DNA from: Squalus acanthias
Lineage: Eukaryota
DNA: 64,000 bases
Assembly: GCA_030390025.1 (NCBI GenBank)
Contig: CM059431.1
Span: 99,636,001 to 99,700,000, forward strand
Direction of reading: 5' to 3'
Shown here: piece by piece, positions 15,252 to 28,278 of the stretch
Numbering within the stretch: the first letter of the stretch is position 1
Layout: each line of letters opens with the position of its first letter
Made by a program: the position numbers and the translations under genes
Notes under the pieces: model-generated
Told to the model about the DNA's origin: nothing
The model's database searches: none
What the model saw: the letters and a program-made list of their open reading frames with translations, nothing else

Positions 15252-17038
15252 GGAGTTTGAAATTCATCTCCCCACCGGCACTCCCTGGCGCCATGAAATG
15301 GCGATAAAATGGCGGCCGCCGCTCTTTCACCAGCTGGTGGCGGGTCCCGCCGACAGTGCGCCGCCATATTTGTCTCCCCCTTTGCGCTGCCGGTAACTGG
15401 CGGCGCCCTGGAAAAAATAATGGCGGCGTGGTGATGTCAAACGGCGTGCAACGCCGACTTAATGTCACCAACGCGAACTTCAACCCGAGCACTCAATTCA
15501 GCGTTGGGTCCCACGCACGCCAGGTTAACCTGTCGTGCAAACAGGCTGACAGTGGTGATGGCTGCAGCTCTGAAAGGGACACACGCATCATTCAGGTAAG
15601 TTTGAATTTAAGGGTTTGGACTTTTTTTTTAATTTTATTGAACTGGTGGCTGGCTGCAATAGATGTGAAAAGTTTCTTAAGTGTGTAGGGAGTGCTGCTG
15701 GACGCTTGCAAGGGCTCAGATGGTAAATGAAGACCTTTGAGAAGACAGAACATGCTGCGAATACTCAGCAGGTCACGCAACATCCGTGGAGGGAAAAACA
15801 GAGTTCACGTCTCAGGTGGAGATGCTGCCTGACCAACTGAGTATTTCCAGCATTTTATGCTGTCATTTCACATTTACAGCATCCGCTAGCAGAGGGAAGA
15901 GGAAGACGCAGAAGAGGAGGAATCAGACGGAAGGATGCATCCCAGGCAGCCCCTTTGTGGCCGGGATATCCGGGATGGAATCATCCGTCTGCAGTCCCAT
16001 TGGCTGGGCAGGCTGCATTTCTTGGGTGTGTGAAATGAGGAAAGCACAAGGGTGGAGTTGTGGTGAGGGGAGGGTGGGAAGGCAAGAGGTGCATGCGAGA
16101 AGCAGGATAACGTATGAGGATACCAGCATCTTTTATCCTTTCAGCCCCGCCGCTGGCCAAGGGCTCAACCATGCCACCGCCAAGAATGGCCAGCACCGCC
16201 TCATCCAAGGGGGTGAGGTGAGTCTCAGAATGGGAGGTGTGCCTCGTGATTGGTGCAGATTGTTCATAGGTGAGTGATTGGTGGTTGTGCATTGAGAAGT
16301 GTGTGAGGCTCGTGGTGCAGTTGGTGGGAGACGGCTTTTGAAGGTGCATTCACCATCCTTGACCAGTGGTCTGAGGTCATGAAGCTTCTTTGGGCACTGG
16401 AGCCAGGTGGTGGGGTGACACTGCTGGCAGTGACAGCCTTGGTAATGTACTCCCACATCGTTCTTTCTGGAGGTCCTCCTGGCCCCTGTGGGTAGAGGAC
16501 CGCTCTTGCAGTGTTGACCCTCTGCACAAAGCTGGAGTGCTGCATGCGAGACCCTCGGTGCCCCTTCCCTGGCTTGCTGAGCCATTTGTGTTAGTGCTGA
16601 GGCAGTTTTCCCATTTGTTGAGGTTAGGAAGGTAATTCAGCTTTAACAGCTCAATATTCACATTTGGAACTTCTTTTAAATATTGAATATTTCTTAAAAG
16701 GCAGAAAGGGCTGAAAAATGTATTGATTCACTGCATTTTATTCTGTATTGGCTCAGTGTGCATGGCCCCTTTAATTCTCAGACCTCTTCATTGCCCACAA
16801 TTCCCTGCGAGCTCCACAGCTTCACTCCCATTGGCTGTGGGAAGCTCCAATCGCCGGACCCGGATCCTCCAGCAAGGCCCCCAGGACGGCGTTACACGGA
16901 AGGTGAGCGCTGCGCCACCTACCTCCATGCCCCCCAGACCAATTTCACTCGCTTAGCGTTGCGGCCATTTCCAGCGGCCGTTAACTGCAGTTGCCAGTAA
17001 CACTGCCGACTTTGCTGGCCAACACAATTTTTTCCCCC
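15252..17038 (+). mobile_element. Non-autonomous Harbinger/PIF derivative, copy 1
   Basis: Right end aattttttccccc. Contains an acidic transposase C-terminal tail (+, about 15890-15990), a convergent Myb/SANT remnant and a Penelope-type inverted insert. Body is homologous to 35578-37330. Left boundary approximate. Confidence 0.75.
15995..16585 (-). pseudogene. Harbinger Myb/SANT-like DNA-binding gene remnant, intron-containing
   Basis: Frameshifted pieces MAQQAREGAPRVS..AVLYPQG..WEYITKAVTASSV..TWLQCPKKLHDL, then HLTPLDEAVLAILG..ERIKDAG|gtatcc. Confidence 0.7.
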
Positions 17039-17066
17039 ATTGACTCTTTTAAAGTTATGATATCTA

Positions 17067-17770
17067 GGGGGAGAAATTCACTATTGTCCCATCTGAGGAG
17101 CTAATTTTTAAAAGTTTGAAAAGTTAGCACCAGGCGATAACGATTTCAAACTTTTGAAAAATTCACCGTTTGCGCTCCAAGAAGGACGTGGAGCGTAAAT
17201 CAATCACTCCACTTCCTTCTTGGAGCCAATCGGCAGCAGGCGGGGCGGAGACTTCAGCAGCGTTGCACACTGGGCCGTGCAGCGCCGCCGCATTCAAAGG
17301 CTCCTTCACTCCCTTAAAGGGAAAGGCCATCGCTGCAGGCTGTGCAATACCTGGACCACCCAAGGCAGCTGCGATCCCACGCGATCAGCCCGGCACTCAA
17401 GCAAAGAGCAGGGTTGATCGATCGCGGGCAGGAACCCGCAAAAAAAACTGGTACAGGAAAGGTAATTTTTTTTTCCACTTACCTCGGCCACCTGGCCTTT
17501 AATCATCGCCCCCGAGCGGCCGGCCGCCCGGTGCGCGCCTCCTGCAGCTGTCGGTGTTTTCGACCGGCGCTGCTGCAGGAGGCAGAAATCAATTTCAGGT
17601 CCGGGGTGATGCGCACGGCGACGACGTCACGATCTCCGGGCGAAGGAGAGCGGGGCGCAACGCTGTAGCGCAGCCGCAAAACTCCCACCCAATTTAGTGG
17701 GAGTTGATGTCAGCGCCACGCCCGGTCGCAAAGCCCCATGGGAGGCGCAAAGGCACCCAATTTCGCCCCC
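17067..17770 (-). mobile_element. Harbinger-type MITE
   Basis: TIRs gggggagaaatt / aatttcgccccc. Its right end is the reverse complement of the terminal module at 30565 and 38557 (tttgcgcctccc...gatcgtgacgtc). Confidence 0.8.
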
Positions 17771-18004
17771 AAAGAGCGTTTTCGCCTTGTATTTAACATT
17801 TTGTCCGATATTAGGGATGTCTTGCACCACAACTACCTCATTAGCACGTTAACAAATTTCTACATTCCTCCCAAGCTTGTCTTTCCCCCGATAATGCTAC
17901 ACATACTTTGTTTATCTTTCTTATTCCCATTTCAAGTTCCCTTATTTTGCTGACACCACCTTTTCCACAGGGGTCTGTCTCCTCCCTCAGTAACTCCTAG
18001 TTGA

Positions 18005-19396
18005 AAGGTTAAACATTAAGAAAATGATGCTTAACGTTGATGAAAAAAACTGCAGCCTTAGCATTTAGATGATGGGTAGAAACCATTGCTTGATGTGGTT
18101 TCAGACATCCGATGAACCCCTCACTTCGACTTGTTTCTTGGCCCATTAATCTGGATGTACTCCGATTGCAGTGATCTGTGTCGTAAAGTGTAAGGGAACA
18201 CTGAGGCCAGCTAGGCTTCTATTCCCTGGAATATAGAAAATTAAGGGGTGATCTAATTGAGGTGTCTAAGATGATTAAAGGAGTTGATAGTGTAGAGAGA
18301 GAGAAACTATTTCTCTGGTGGGGGGAGTCCAGAACAAGGGGCGTAACCTTAAAATCAGAGTCAGGCTGTTCAGGAGAGGAGTTGGGAAGCACTTCTCCAC
18401 ACAAAGGGTGGTAGAATTGTGGAACTCTCTCCCACATAAAGCAGCAGATGCATTTTGGCAGAAGGAACAGGGAGAGGCAATAAACACTTAATGACAGTTT
18501 TAAAGAGTGTGCAGGGACAGAGGGACCTGGGAGTTAATGTGCATAGGTCACTGAAGGTGGCGGGACATATTGAGAGTGTGGTTAGCAAAGCATATGAGAT
18601 CTTGGGCTTCATAAATAGAGGTATTGCGTACAAAAGTAGAGAAGTTATGCTGAACCTTTATAAAGCGCTGGTTAGGCCACAACTGGAGTATTGCATCCAG
18701 TTCTGGTCACCACACTTTAGGAAGGATGTGAAGGCCCTTGAGAGGGTGCAGAGGAGATTTACCAGAATGGTTCTGGGGCTGGGGGATCTTAGCTACAAGG
18801 ACAGGTTGGAGAAGCTGGATTTGTTTTCATTAGAGCAAAGGAGGTTGAGTGGTGATTTGATAGAGGTGTACAAGATTATTACGGGTTTGGATAGGCTAGA
18901 CAGGGAAAGGTTGTTCCCACTAGTTGATGGTACAAGGACTAGGGGACACAGATTTAAGGTTTTGGGCAAGAGATACAGGGGGGATGTGAGGAAAAACTTT
19001 TTTACGCAGCGAGTGATGAGGACCTGGAACTCGCTGCCGACGGAAGTGGTGGAAGCGGAGACACTCAATGTTTTCAAGGGGAGACTGGATAGGCACTTGA
19101 GGGAAATAAACTTGCAGGGCTACGGGGATAGAGCGGGGGAATGGGACTGACTGGATTGCTCTACAGAGAGCCAGCACGGACTCGATGGGCCGAATGGCCC
19201 CCTTTTGTGCCTTTATGACTTAGGACTCTATGACAGCTCAATTAATAATTTTAAATCTGAGAGCGATAGATTTTTGCTAGAGAGGTGTGTAAAAGGATAT
19301 GGAGCCAAGGCGGGTGGATGGAGTTAAGATGCAGATCAGCCACAATTTCATTGAATGGCTCGAGGGGCTGAATGACCTCCTCCTGTTCCTGTGTTA
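18005..19396 (+). mobile_element. Older CR1 3' fragment hosting a nested CR1
   Basis: CR1 3' sequence at 18215-18451 resumes at about 19233 and is collinear with the copy at 46815-47190. The 5' 200 bp is only weakly CR1-like. Possible TSD CTAGTTGA. Confidence 0.65.
18452..19232 (+). mobile_element. Younger 5'-truncated CR1 LINE
   Basis: ORF 18455-19150 with RDLGV, LYKALVRPQLEYCIQFWSP, RTRGH and FFTQRV..WNSLP, followed by a tctatgac-type tail. Confidence 0.92.
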
Positions 19397-20111
19397 CTAG
19401 TTGACTCCTAAGTAGGAGTTACTGTTTTCAATTGCGCTTTGCGTGGCAACTGCAGTCAAGGGGCGCACTGTCATTCAGACCCTACTTGTTTAAATTGGTA
19501 GTCAACCATTATTTAAAAATATTTACCTGTTTGTTAAAAAGTGAGCTTACCCTTGACTGTGAAGCCAAGCTGGGCTGTGAAGATAGAGCATTGATGAATT
19601 GATGCTGTGGAAGTGTTTCAAACAGCGGGTTCAACTTGCAACTTGCTCAGTTGCACAGTCAGCCAATATGCTGCCTGGTGCAGGTTGAAAACTTTACTTT
19701 GAGTTGTCTGCATTGCTCAGCAGGTGATTTGACCTTGCACACTCTATACAGTGCTCTGAATGTTAACATTAAACACAACAAACATAGGAACATGTGGTTT
19801 ACACAGTTTTGCCACACTGGACTTAGAAGAGAATATATTGGTTGTAGGAACAGTATGCATTTGGTTGCTCAAGATAGTTTGGCAACAATCCTTGAGGTCC
19901 AATTAGTTTGTAGAAAATCAAGATACGTGGAGAGGGATGTTGCCGGGTTGGAGTGTTACTTTTGTGGGACTTTGTGTTATTAGCTTGTGGGCCCCATTTT
20001 GAATTAATTCTTACCTTTTGGGAGGGGTGATCTGGATCATGTGGGCTTCATAAATGGGATCCTGGCACATCCAGAGATCCAGGTGTCCCCTACTGAGTTC
20101 CACATTGGAAT

Positions 20112-20180
20112 ATAGGAACAGGAGGAGGCCATTCAGCCCCTCGAGCCTGTTCCGCCATTCAATGAGATCATGGCTGATTC
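20112..20180 (-). mobile_element. CR1 3'-UTR fragment
   Basis: aggaacaggaggaggccattcagcccctcgagcctgttccgccattcaatgagatcatggctgat. Confidence 0.7.
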
Positions 20181-21304
20181 GTCCTCACTGCTCAATAAAA
20201 TCATTGGAGTCTTAAATCAAGTCTAAAAACCCAAGATCATTGGCATTACACTTAAAGGCTGGACCAATATCGGTTACAGTCTAATCGAAACTCATGATTG
20301 CCACAGGCTTTTTTCACTACTTAAAGGGGAGGTTCATTGATGCTGCAGCACCTCGTTCTCAGCATTGTTGGCTGCGCAGCTGCTTCAACCACCATAAGAA
20401 GAAGGACAAGGAGAAGGAGCACTTATTTACAAATCCTCATGGCTGATCGCCGCCCCAGGGAGAGAGCCCGCAGGTTTTTCCATGAAGCTTTGGAGGCATT
20501 GGTTTTAGTGCTGGAGAGAAGGTGGGCAGTCCTGTACTCACAAACTGGCAGGAGGTCCTCGCCACAAGTCTGCCGCACTATGTAGAGGGAGGTGGCACAC
20601 CACATCACGGACTGCCCATCTGGAAGCCCGATTGTCCGGCTGCCTCCTCCCTCCCTCCTGTTCCTCGTCTTCTTCCTCCTCGTCTTTGTCCTCCTCCCTC
20701 TACACACATGTTCCCATCTTTCTCGCTGCCCACGCTGCCTATGCTCCCTCTGCTGTACATCCTGGAGGGCGAGGTGACATGCCAGTACAGCCCCCATTAA
20801 TCTTACCAAGTGTTGCAATTTGAATCTTTGAAGAACAAATGTAGCTACTTTGTACTTGCCATAAGACTCCTGATACAAAAGAACCTTGAAATTACTCAAT
20901 GAAACTGTTGCATTAGCTGAAACTAACAAAAAGCCACTGAAACCGCACTAACCTGACAAGTGCGAGTGATTACTGATGATCTCTTTAAATAACATCCCTG
21001 CAGCCGGCTTCCTGGTGCTGCACACCAGCTCTCCCTGTCGGTGTTTACTGCAGGCAAAGCAAAGGTAAGTGGCTAAAAGCAATTTGGGAAATCGGGTGTT
21101 CATTGAGCGTTGCACACTCACTGACGTCACGATCTCCCTGGCGTTGAGGTTCCCGGCGATAGCTGTTGCCGGCAGCACTACGGGGGGTCCCGATTTGATG
21201 TGTGGTGCTGGATTCGCCTTGCCCTGTCGGTACTGGTCTCAATGCTGTATTAGCGGCATCTACTGACGCTAACGGGCGGCGCTAAGGGGAAAAATTTTTC
21301 CCCC
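20181..21304 (-). mobile_element. Harbinger-derived non-autonomous element (left boundary uncertain)
   Basis: Terminus aaaaatttttccccc with the shared terminal module. Myb/SANT N-terminus on + from 20439 (MADRRPRERARRFFHEALEALV..ERRWAVLY) converges on a basic MGAVL.. segment on -. Confidence 0.62.
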
Positions 21305-21969
21305 ATACTCTTCCCTTGATCTATACGCAACGTGGTTTAGCGGAAATCAGTGTGCAGAGACCTTAGTCCATTAGCATGTAATTTACATTGCTTATCCCTC
21401 TTCAGGTGCGGTTTGGTGTAGACACCATAGCGGCCTTAGAGAGTGTTGAGGTGCAGAATGGGCAAGAAAGGATTAATGCTGTAGGGTTTTTTAAGTCTCT
21501 CTTTGCTCTTTAAGGTAATCCAGAGGTAAGGATCAACCAAGGCGTTAAACTTTTCTAACAATATTGACATTAAAACACGACTGTTGTACAAAGAGAGATA
21601 CTTACAACTTTAGTCAGTAGTACAACTCGAGACTCACAGTGAGACCGAGGGGTTAATTCTCTTCACATCTTGGTATTCTTCCTTGAACTTACTAAAATAA
21701 CTGGTTTTATAGCGTTCTGCTCCTGGCAAAACAGATTTCCACTCAATTTCCCCTTCTCGCTGACGCAAAATCAGTTTGTTAATGTGTGTTATAGTTTCTC
21801 ACAGTCTCTCCAAGGCCAAGCTTGGCAGCTTTCTCATGTTTAATCTCTCTTTTAACTCCACGAAAGTACATGGCCTCAGTTAGCCCTCTGAACAGACAAT
21901 AATAATCTCCTTATCAAACTTGGTCAATCTTCCCACTATTCCCTCTTACAACAGTTCTGTATTCTCTTA

Positions 21970-22445
21970 TAGAATTACACAGAATGTACAACACAGAAAC
22001 AGGCCATTCGGCCCAACTGGTCCGTGCCGGTGTTTCTGCTCCACACGAGCCTCCTCCCACCCCTCTTCATCTCACCCTATCAGCATATCCTTCTATTCCT
22101 TTCTCCCTCATGTGTTTATCTAGTTTCCCCTGAAATGTATCGATTCTATTCACCTCAACCACTCCCTGTGGTAGCGAGTTCCACATTCTCACCACTCTCT
22201 GGGTAAAGAAGTCTCTCCTGAATTCCCTATTGGATTTATTAGTGACTATCTTATATTTATGGCCCCTAGTTCTGGTCTTCTCCGCAAGTGGAAACACCTT
22301 CTCTGTGTCTACCCTATCGAACCCTTTCATAATTTTAAAGACCTCTATCAGGTCGCCCCTCAGCCTTCTCTTTTCTAGAGAAAAGAGCCCCAGCCTGTTC
22401 AGTCTTTCTGATAGTTATAACCTCTCAGTTCCGATATCATACTTG
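21970..22445 (-). mobile_element. CR1 3' fragment
   Basis: MKGFDRVDTEKVFPL..RTRGHKYK..FFTQRVVRMWNSLP. Confidence 0.9.
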
Positions 22446-22804
22446 TAATTTTTTTTTACAAATATTGGTCTGGAAATTCCACAAAATATCCTTTGTTGTT
22501 AATACTTGTAACCAATTTCTGCTCTTTTCGCAACTAATCCAGGATTTCCAGCCCATCCTTTTCATTTTCTTTAAAACTGGCATTGAAAATCCATATTGGA
22601 AAGTCCAAACTCCTTCAGTGCCCATTAAACCTTGGACCCATTTTTAAGACATTATTTGGGAGAAGATAGAGAAAAATCAGCCCGTATAAAATTTACGTCT
22701 TGAAGTCGATTCTGTTATTTAAAAATATATATAAGCAGATATATGTGAAGCTGTGGATGAGACGGAGCCCAGTCCTCTATTGTACTGTCTACTGACATTC
22801 AGGA

Positions 22805-23624
22805 CAACAACAACAACTTGTATTTATATAGCACCTTTAAAGTAGTAAAACGTCCCAAGGCGCTTCACAGGAGTAATTTGACACCGAGCCACATAAGGAG
22901 TATTAGGGCAGGTTGGTCAAAGAGGCAGGTTTTAAGGAGTGTTTTAAAGGAGAAGAGAGAGGCGGAGAGGCGGAGAGGTTTAGGGAGGGAATTCCAGAGC
23001 TTAGGGCCTAGGCAACAGAAGGCACAACTACCAATGGTTGAGCGAATATAATGAGGGATGCGCAAGAGGGCAGAATTAGAGGAGTGCAGATATCTCGGGG
23101 GGTTGTGGGGCTGAAGGAAATTACAGAGATAGGGAGGGGCGAGGCCATGGAGGGATTTGAAAACAAGGATGAGAATTTTGAAATCGAGGCGCTGCTTAAC
23201 CGGGAGCCAATGTAGGTCTGCGAGCACAGGGGGTGATGGGCGAACGGGACTTGGTGCGAGTTAGGACACGGGCAGCTGAGTTTTGGATGACCTCAAGTTT
23301 ACGTAGGGTGGAATGTGGGAGGCCAGCCAGGAGTGCGTTGGAATAGTCAAGTCTAGAGGTAACAAAGGCATAGATGAGGGTTTCAGCAGCGGATGAGCTG
23401 AGGCAAGGGCGGAGACGGGCGATGTTACGGAGGTTGAAATAGGCGGTCTTAGTTATGCTGTGGATATGTGGTCGGAAGCTCATTTCAGGGTCAAATATGA
23501 CACCAAGGTTGCGAACAGTGTGGTTCAGCCTCAGACAGATGTTAGGGAGAAGGATGGAGTCAGTGGCTAGGGAACGGAGTTTGTGGCGGGACCGAAAACA
23601 ATGGCTTCGGTCTTCCCAATATTT
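22805..23624 (-). mobile_element. L2-type LINE 3' fragment
   Basis: [31 protein letters not shown] and [15 protein letters not shown], with a (TTG)n tail. Confidence 0.9.
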
Positions 23625-24919
23625 CTGCGTGAAATGGCTAATACTAAGCTGACTGGAACCCTTCCACCTCCTTGATAACACACCCAGCACAGTGTTCTCT
23701 TTCCTACGCGGCAGTAACTGAATGAGTCGTGCCATTTTGAATTGAGTTATTTCACTGTAAAAAGACATTTAACCGTGCCTCAGTGCTATGTTATATTTGG
23801 ATTTTCTCCATGTCTTTTATATTGGTGACTTTTGCGTCTAAACTTAAATCAGCTCTGGCTCTCTCATGGGCATGAATACCCCATAAAAATATCCAGATCT
23901 GATCCAAGCTGACATCGTAGGTTGATTCCTGGGATGAGAGTGTTGAGAGGGCTGTCCTATGAAGGTAGAGAGGCGCAGAATTCTTAAAATGTATTCAGGA
24001 GAACTTTTTTCATCAGTATATAGCAAGCCCAACAAGAGAGGGGGAGCCGTTGTGGACTTGGTTTTAGGGAATGAAGCTGGGCTGGTGGAAGGGGTATCAG
24101 TGGGAGAGCTTTTTGGCGGTAGTGAGCATACTTCAGTTAGATTTAGCATAGTTATGGAAATGGACAAAGGTAGACCAGGGGAAAAAGTTCTCAATTGGGG
24201 AAAGGCTAATTTTACTAAGCTGAGATGTGATTTCGTAAAAGTGGACTGGAAACAGCTACTTGAAGGTAAATCAGTGTCAGAGCAGTGGGAGGTGTTCAAT
24301 GAGGAGACAGTGAGGGTTCAGAGCAAATTTGCTCCCACAAAGAAAAAGGGTGGGACTCCCAAATCTAGAGCCCCTGGATGTCAAGGGGTAGGCAGGGTAG
24401 GATAAGACAAAAAAGGGAAGCTTATGTCAGATACCGAGTGCTAAATACTGCAGAAAGCCTAGAGGAGTATAGAAAGTGCAGGGGTGAAATTAAGAAGGAA
24501 ATTAGGAAAGCAAAGAGAGGGCATGAAAAATATTGGCAAGTAACATCAAGGAAAACCCAAAGATGTTTTAGAAATACATAAAGAGCAAGAGGATAACGAA
24601 AGCAAGTAGGGCCTATAAGAGACCAAAAAGGTAACCTGTGTGTGGAGGCGGAAGACGTGGGTATGGTTCTTCATGAATACTTTGTGCCTGTTTTCACAAA
24701 AGAGAGGGATGATGCAGACATTGTAGTTAAGGAGGAGTGTGAAATATTAGATGAGATAAACATATTGAGAGAGGAAATATTAAAGGATTTAACATCATTG
24801 AAAGTAGATAAATCGGCAGGCTCAGATGAAATGTATCCCAGACTGTTAAGAGAGGCAAGGGATGAAATAGCAGAGGCTCTGACCATCATTTTCCAATCCT
24901 CTCTGGCTACAGGTGTGGT

Positions 24920-24998
24920 CAAAATTGAGAGGTCGCACAACACCAGGTTATAGTCCAACAGTTTTATTTGAAATCACAAGCTTTCGGAGCTATCGATC
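24920..24998 (-). mobile_element. Penelope-type terminal-repeat fragment with the 3' half of a hammerhead
   Basis: Reverse complement reads gctccGAAAGCTTgtgatttcaaataaaactgttggactataacctggtgttgtg. It interrupts the CR1 at ggtgtggt|gccagag. Confidence 0.55.
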
Positions 24999-26405
24999 GC
25001 CAGAGGTGCCAGAGGACTGGAGGACTGCTAATGTGGTACCCTTGTTTAAAAAGGGAGAAAGGGATAGACCGAGTAATTACAGGCCAGTCAGCCTAACCTT
25101 GCTGGTGGGCAAATTATTGGAAAAAATTCTGAGGGACATTATTAATCGTCATTTGGAAAGGCACAGATTAATCAAGGACAGTCAGCATGGATTTGTTATG
25201 GAAAGTCGTATCTGACTAACTTGATTGAATTTTTTGAGGAGGTAACAAGGAGGGCCAATGAGATTAGTATGTTTGATGTAGTCTACATGGATTTTAGCAA
25301 GGCTTTTGACAAGGTCCCACATGGCAGACTAGTCAGAAAAGTAAAAGCCCATGGGATCCAAGGCAAAGTGGCAAGTTGGATCCAGAATTAGCTCAGAGGC
25401 AGGAAACAAAGGGTAATGGTCGAAGGGTGTTTTTGTGACTGGAAGGCTGTTTCCAGTGGGGTTCCGCAGGGCTCAGTACTGGGTCCCTTGCTTTTTGTGG
25501 TATATATCGATGATTTAGACTTCAATGTAGGGGTATGATTAAGAAGTTTGCAGATGATACAAAAATTGTCCGTGTCTTTGATAGTGAGGAAGAAAGCTGT
25601 AGACTGCAGGAAGATATCAATGGACTGGTCAGGTGGGCAGAACAGTGCCAAATGGAATTCAATCCAGAGAAGTGTGAGGTAATATATTTGGGGAGGGCTA
25701 ACAAGGCAAGGGAATACACAATAAATGGTAGGACACTGAGACATACAGAGGATCAGAGGGACCTTGGAGTGCATGTCCACAGATCTCTGAAGGTAGCAGG
25801 ACAGGTAGATAAGGTGGTTAAGAAGGCATATGGGACTCTTGCCTTTATTAGCCAAGGCATAGAATATAAGAGCAGGGAGGTTATGCTAGAACTTATTAAA
25901 AAACTAGTTAGGCCACAGCTAGAGCACTGCGTACAGTTCTGGTCACCACGGGGGCGATTTTCTGACGCTGGAGGAGGCGGGTTTGGAGGCAGGAAAGGCG
26001 GGAAAATCAGAAACAATGAGGGCGGGTTCGGAACCCGCCTCCAACCCGCCTCCAATCCTCCACCGCGGGATTTTGCCAGTGCCGGATTTGGAGGTCGGGA
26101 AACAGTTCCGCCTCCAGCTGGCCATAGTGTTAGTTAACATGATTAAATGCTCGTTAAGGACCTCTCTAAGCCTATTTTGAGAGGCCCTGGCGGGTTGACT
26201 CATGGGTGGCCTCCTCACAGCTGCAGGTCCAACAATATATCGTTTATTTCATCAAGGATTACTTGCAGGTGCCAGACCTTGGGTTTAATAGGTCTCTGAG
26301 CACTTTTAGAAGGCCTTCCGAAGTCGGAGGTGCTGCAGCTTGAATCTATCAACTGTGGGACCTCCTTGGAAGACCCTCTCCCCGCTTGCAATGAGCGCTT
26401 CCCCA

Positions 26406-27851
26406 ATGGAGGCATCTGCAAGCAGCATGGGAACCATTCGTTTTCTTTCTCCATGGACCTCAGATGAGGATGAGGACCATCCACGGCAGCAGCAGAACCA
26501 GGCAGCTCAGGAGCAACACCAGCAGGAGCCCCAACCTCCTGCTTAGGAGCAACAGCAGCAGGAGCCCCAACCTCCTGCTTAGGAGCAACAGCAGCAGGAG
26601 CCCCAACCTCCTGCTTAGGAGCAACAGCAGCAGGAGCCCCAACCTCCTGCTTAGGAGCAACAGCAGCAGGAGCCCCAACCTCCTGCTTAGGAGCAACACC
26701 AGCAGGAGCCCCAACCTCCTGCTCAGCCACCTGATGCTGCACAGGGCAGAAGGCACCAGCGCATCGAGGCACCTCGCCGCAGAAGATACCCCCGACAGAG
26801 GGTTTACAGACAGAGGATGAGCTATCTCAACATGAGTGAGCAGCAGTGCCAAAGGAGGCTGAGACTTTCGCGAGAGGTTGTCCGAGAGATCTGCGGCCTG
26901 CTGCAGCAAGACCTGGTGCCCAGAGGAACAGGGTGGACACCCCTTACCAGTGGCTGTCAAAGTCACCACCGCACTCAACTTCTTTGCCTCAGGCTCCTTC
27001 CAGGGATCATCAGCGGCATCTCCCAGTCGGCCGCCCACAGTTGCATCACACATGTTACTGATGCCCTTTTTGCTAAGGCCCACAATTACATCCAGTTCAC
27101 AAGGGATCAAGCAAGTATAACCGCTGTTTGGTTGGCTTTGCAAATATGGCAGGCATGCCAATGGTGCAGGGCATCATAGACTGCACACATGTGGCCCTTA
27201 GGGCACCCCATCACAACCCAGCTATCTTTGTCAACCGAAAGGGCTTCCACTCCCTCAACGTTCAGCTGGTGTGTAACCACAAGAAGGAGTTCTTGCATGT
27301 TTGCGCCAAGTTCTGTGGAAGTTGCCATGACTCTTTCATCCTGCTGCACTCTAGTGTTCCTCCGCTTTTCAATCCACCAAACCAACTTAACGGATGGCTC
27401 CTTGATGAAAAAGCTACCCCCTGAAGAAGTTGCTAATGACGCCGATCAGGAGGCCAGCTAACGAGGCTGAAGAGCGCTACAACGCCAGCCACACTTCGAC
27501 CAGGTCCATCATAGAGCAAACCATTGGGTTGTTGAAGATGCGCTTCCGTTGCCTTGACCAATCAGGTGGAGCCCTGCAGTATACACCATACAGGGTCTCC
27601 AGAATGGTTGTGGTCTGCTGTACACTGCACAACATCACACAGCGTCGTGGCTTGCCGCTTCCTGATGAGCAGATGAGGATCAGGAGGAGGAGGAGGAGGA
27701 GGAGGATCTGGAGGAGGAGGAGGAGCAGGAGCAGGAGGAGAAGCAGGAGGAGGTCAGAGCGCCGGTGTATCGACCAGCGGCAGCGGCAGCACGCGAGCAC
27801 ATGGCTGCCCGGGATGCAAGGGATGAACTTATCATGGCCAGATTTGCATAG
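26406..27851 (+). pseudogene. Harbinger (HARBI1-like) DDE transposase pseudogene
   Basis: [80 protein letters not shown] and CCTLHN, with several frameshifts and stops. Confidence 0.92.
26511..26726 (+). repeat. 36-bp minisatellite, 6 copies, in the transposase N-terminus
   Basis: GAGCAACA(C/G)CAGCAGGAGCCCCAACCTCCTGCT(T/C)AG x6. Confidence 0.95.
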
Positions 27852-28089
27852 GTTGCCCAAGTTGGCACATGTCCTTGGCTCCATCCTAGGACATCATTGA
27901 CAATGGACATGACTCTCTGGCCTCCTTTCACTCAGGCCACCAACCTGACAATGCAAGTGTGGCGGAGGCCGCAATGTGGAGCTGCCTAAGGCGAAAGAAC
28001 AGATGGCATAACGCCAACATTCTGGCTTCAAATCATTTTAATGCTTTCCAACAGGGATGGTATTTCATCAATACACAGAAACAGTCTCC

Positions 28090-28278
28090 CAATCTGTACA
28101 CAGATCTGGAGGTTATATCCCTTGCCAGCTGTACCCTCACAGCCTTGGTTTCTTTGGCAGGCCTCTTCCTCCCAGATGAGTGGAAGAGCACCTCCCTGCT
28201 AGCTGTCACCCCCTCAAACAACATTTGCAGCACCTCATCTGAGAGCCTCGGGGAGGCTCTTGCCTTGGAATTGGACAT
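28090..28278 (-). pseudogene. Harbinger Myb/SANT-like gene, N-terminal remnant
   Basis: MSNSKARASPRLSDEVLQMLFEGVTASREVLFHSSGRKRP..QLARDITSRSV. Confidence 0.72.

Noticed and set aside
26406..27851. Domesticated host HARBI1 or NAIF1 gene
   Set aside because: It has many stops and frameshifts, is bounded by TIRs and a TSD, and sits inside a CR1.
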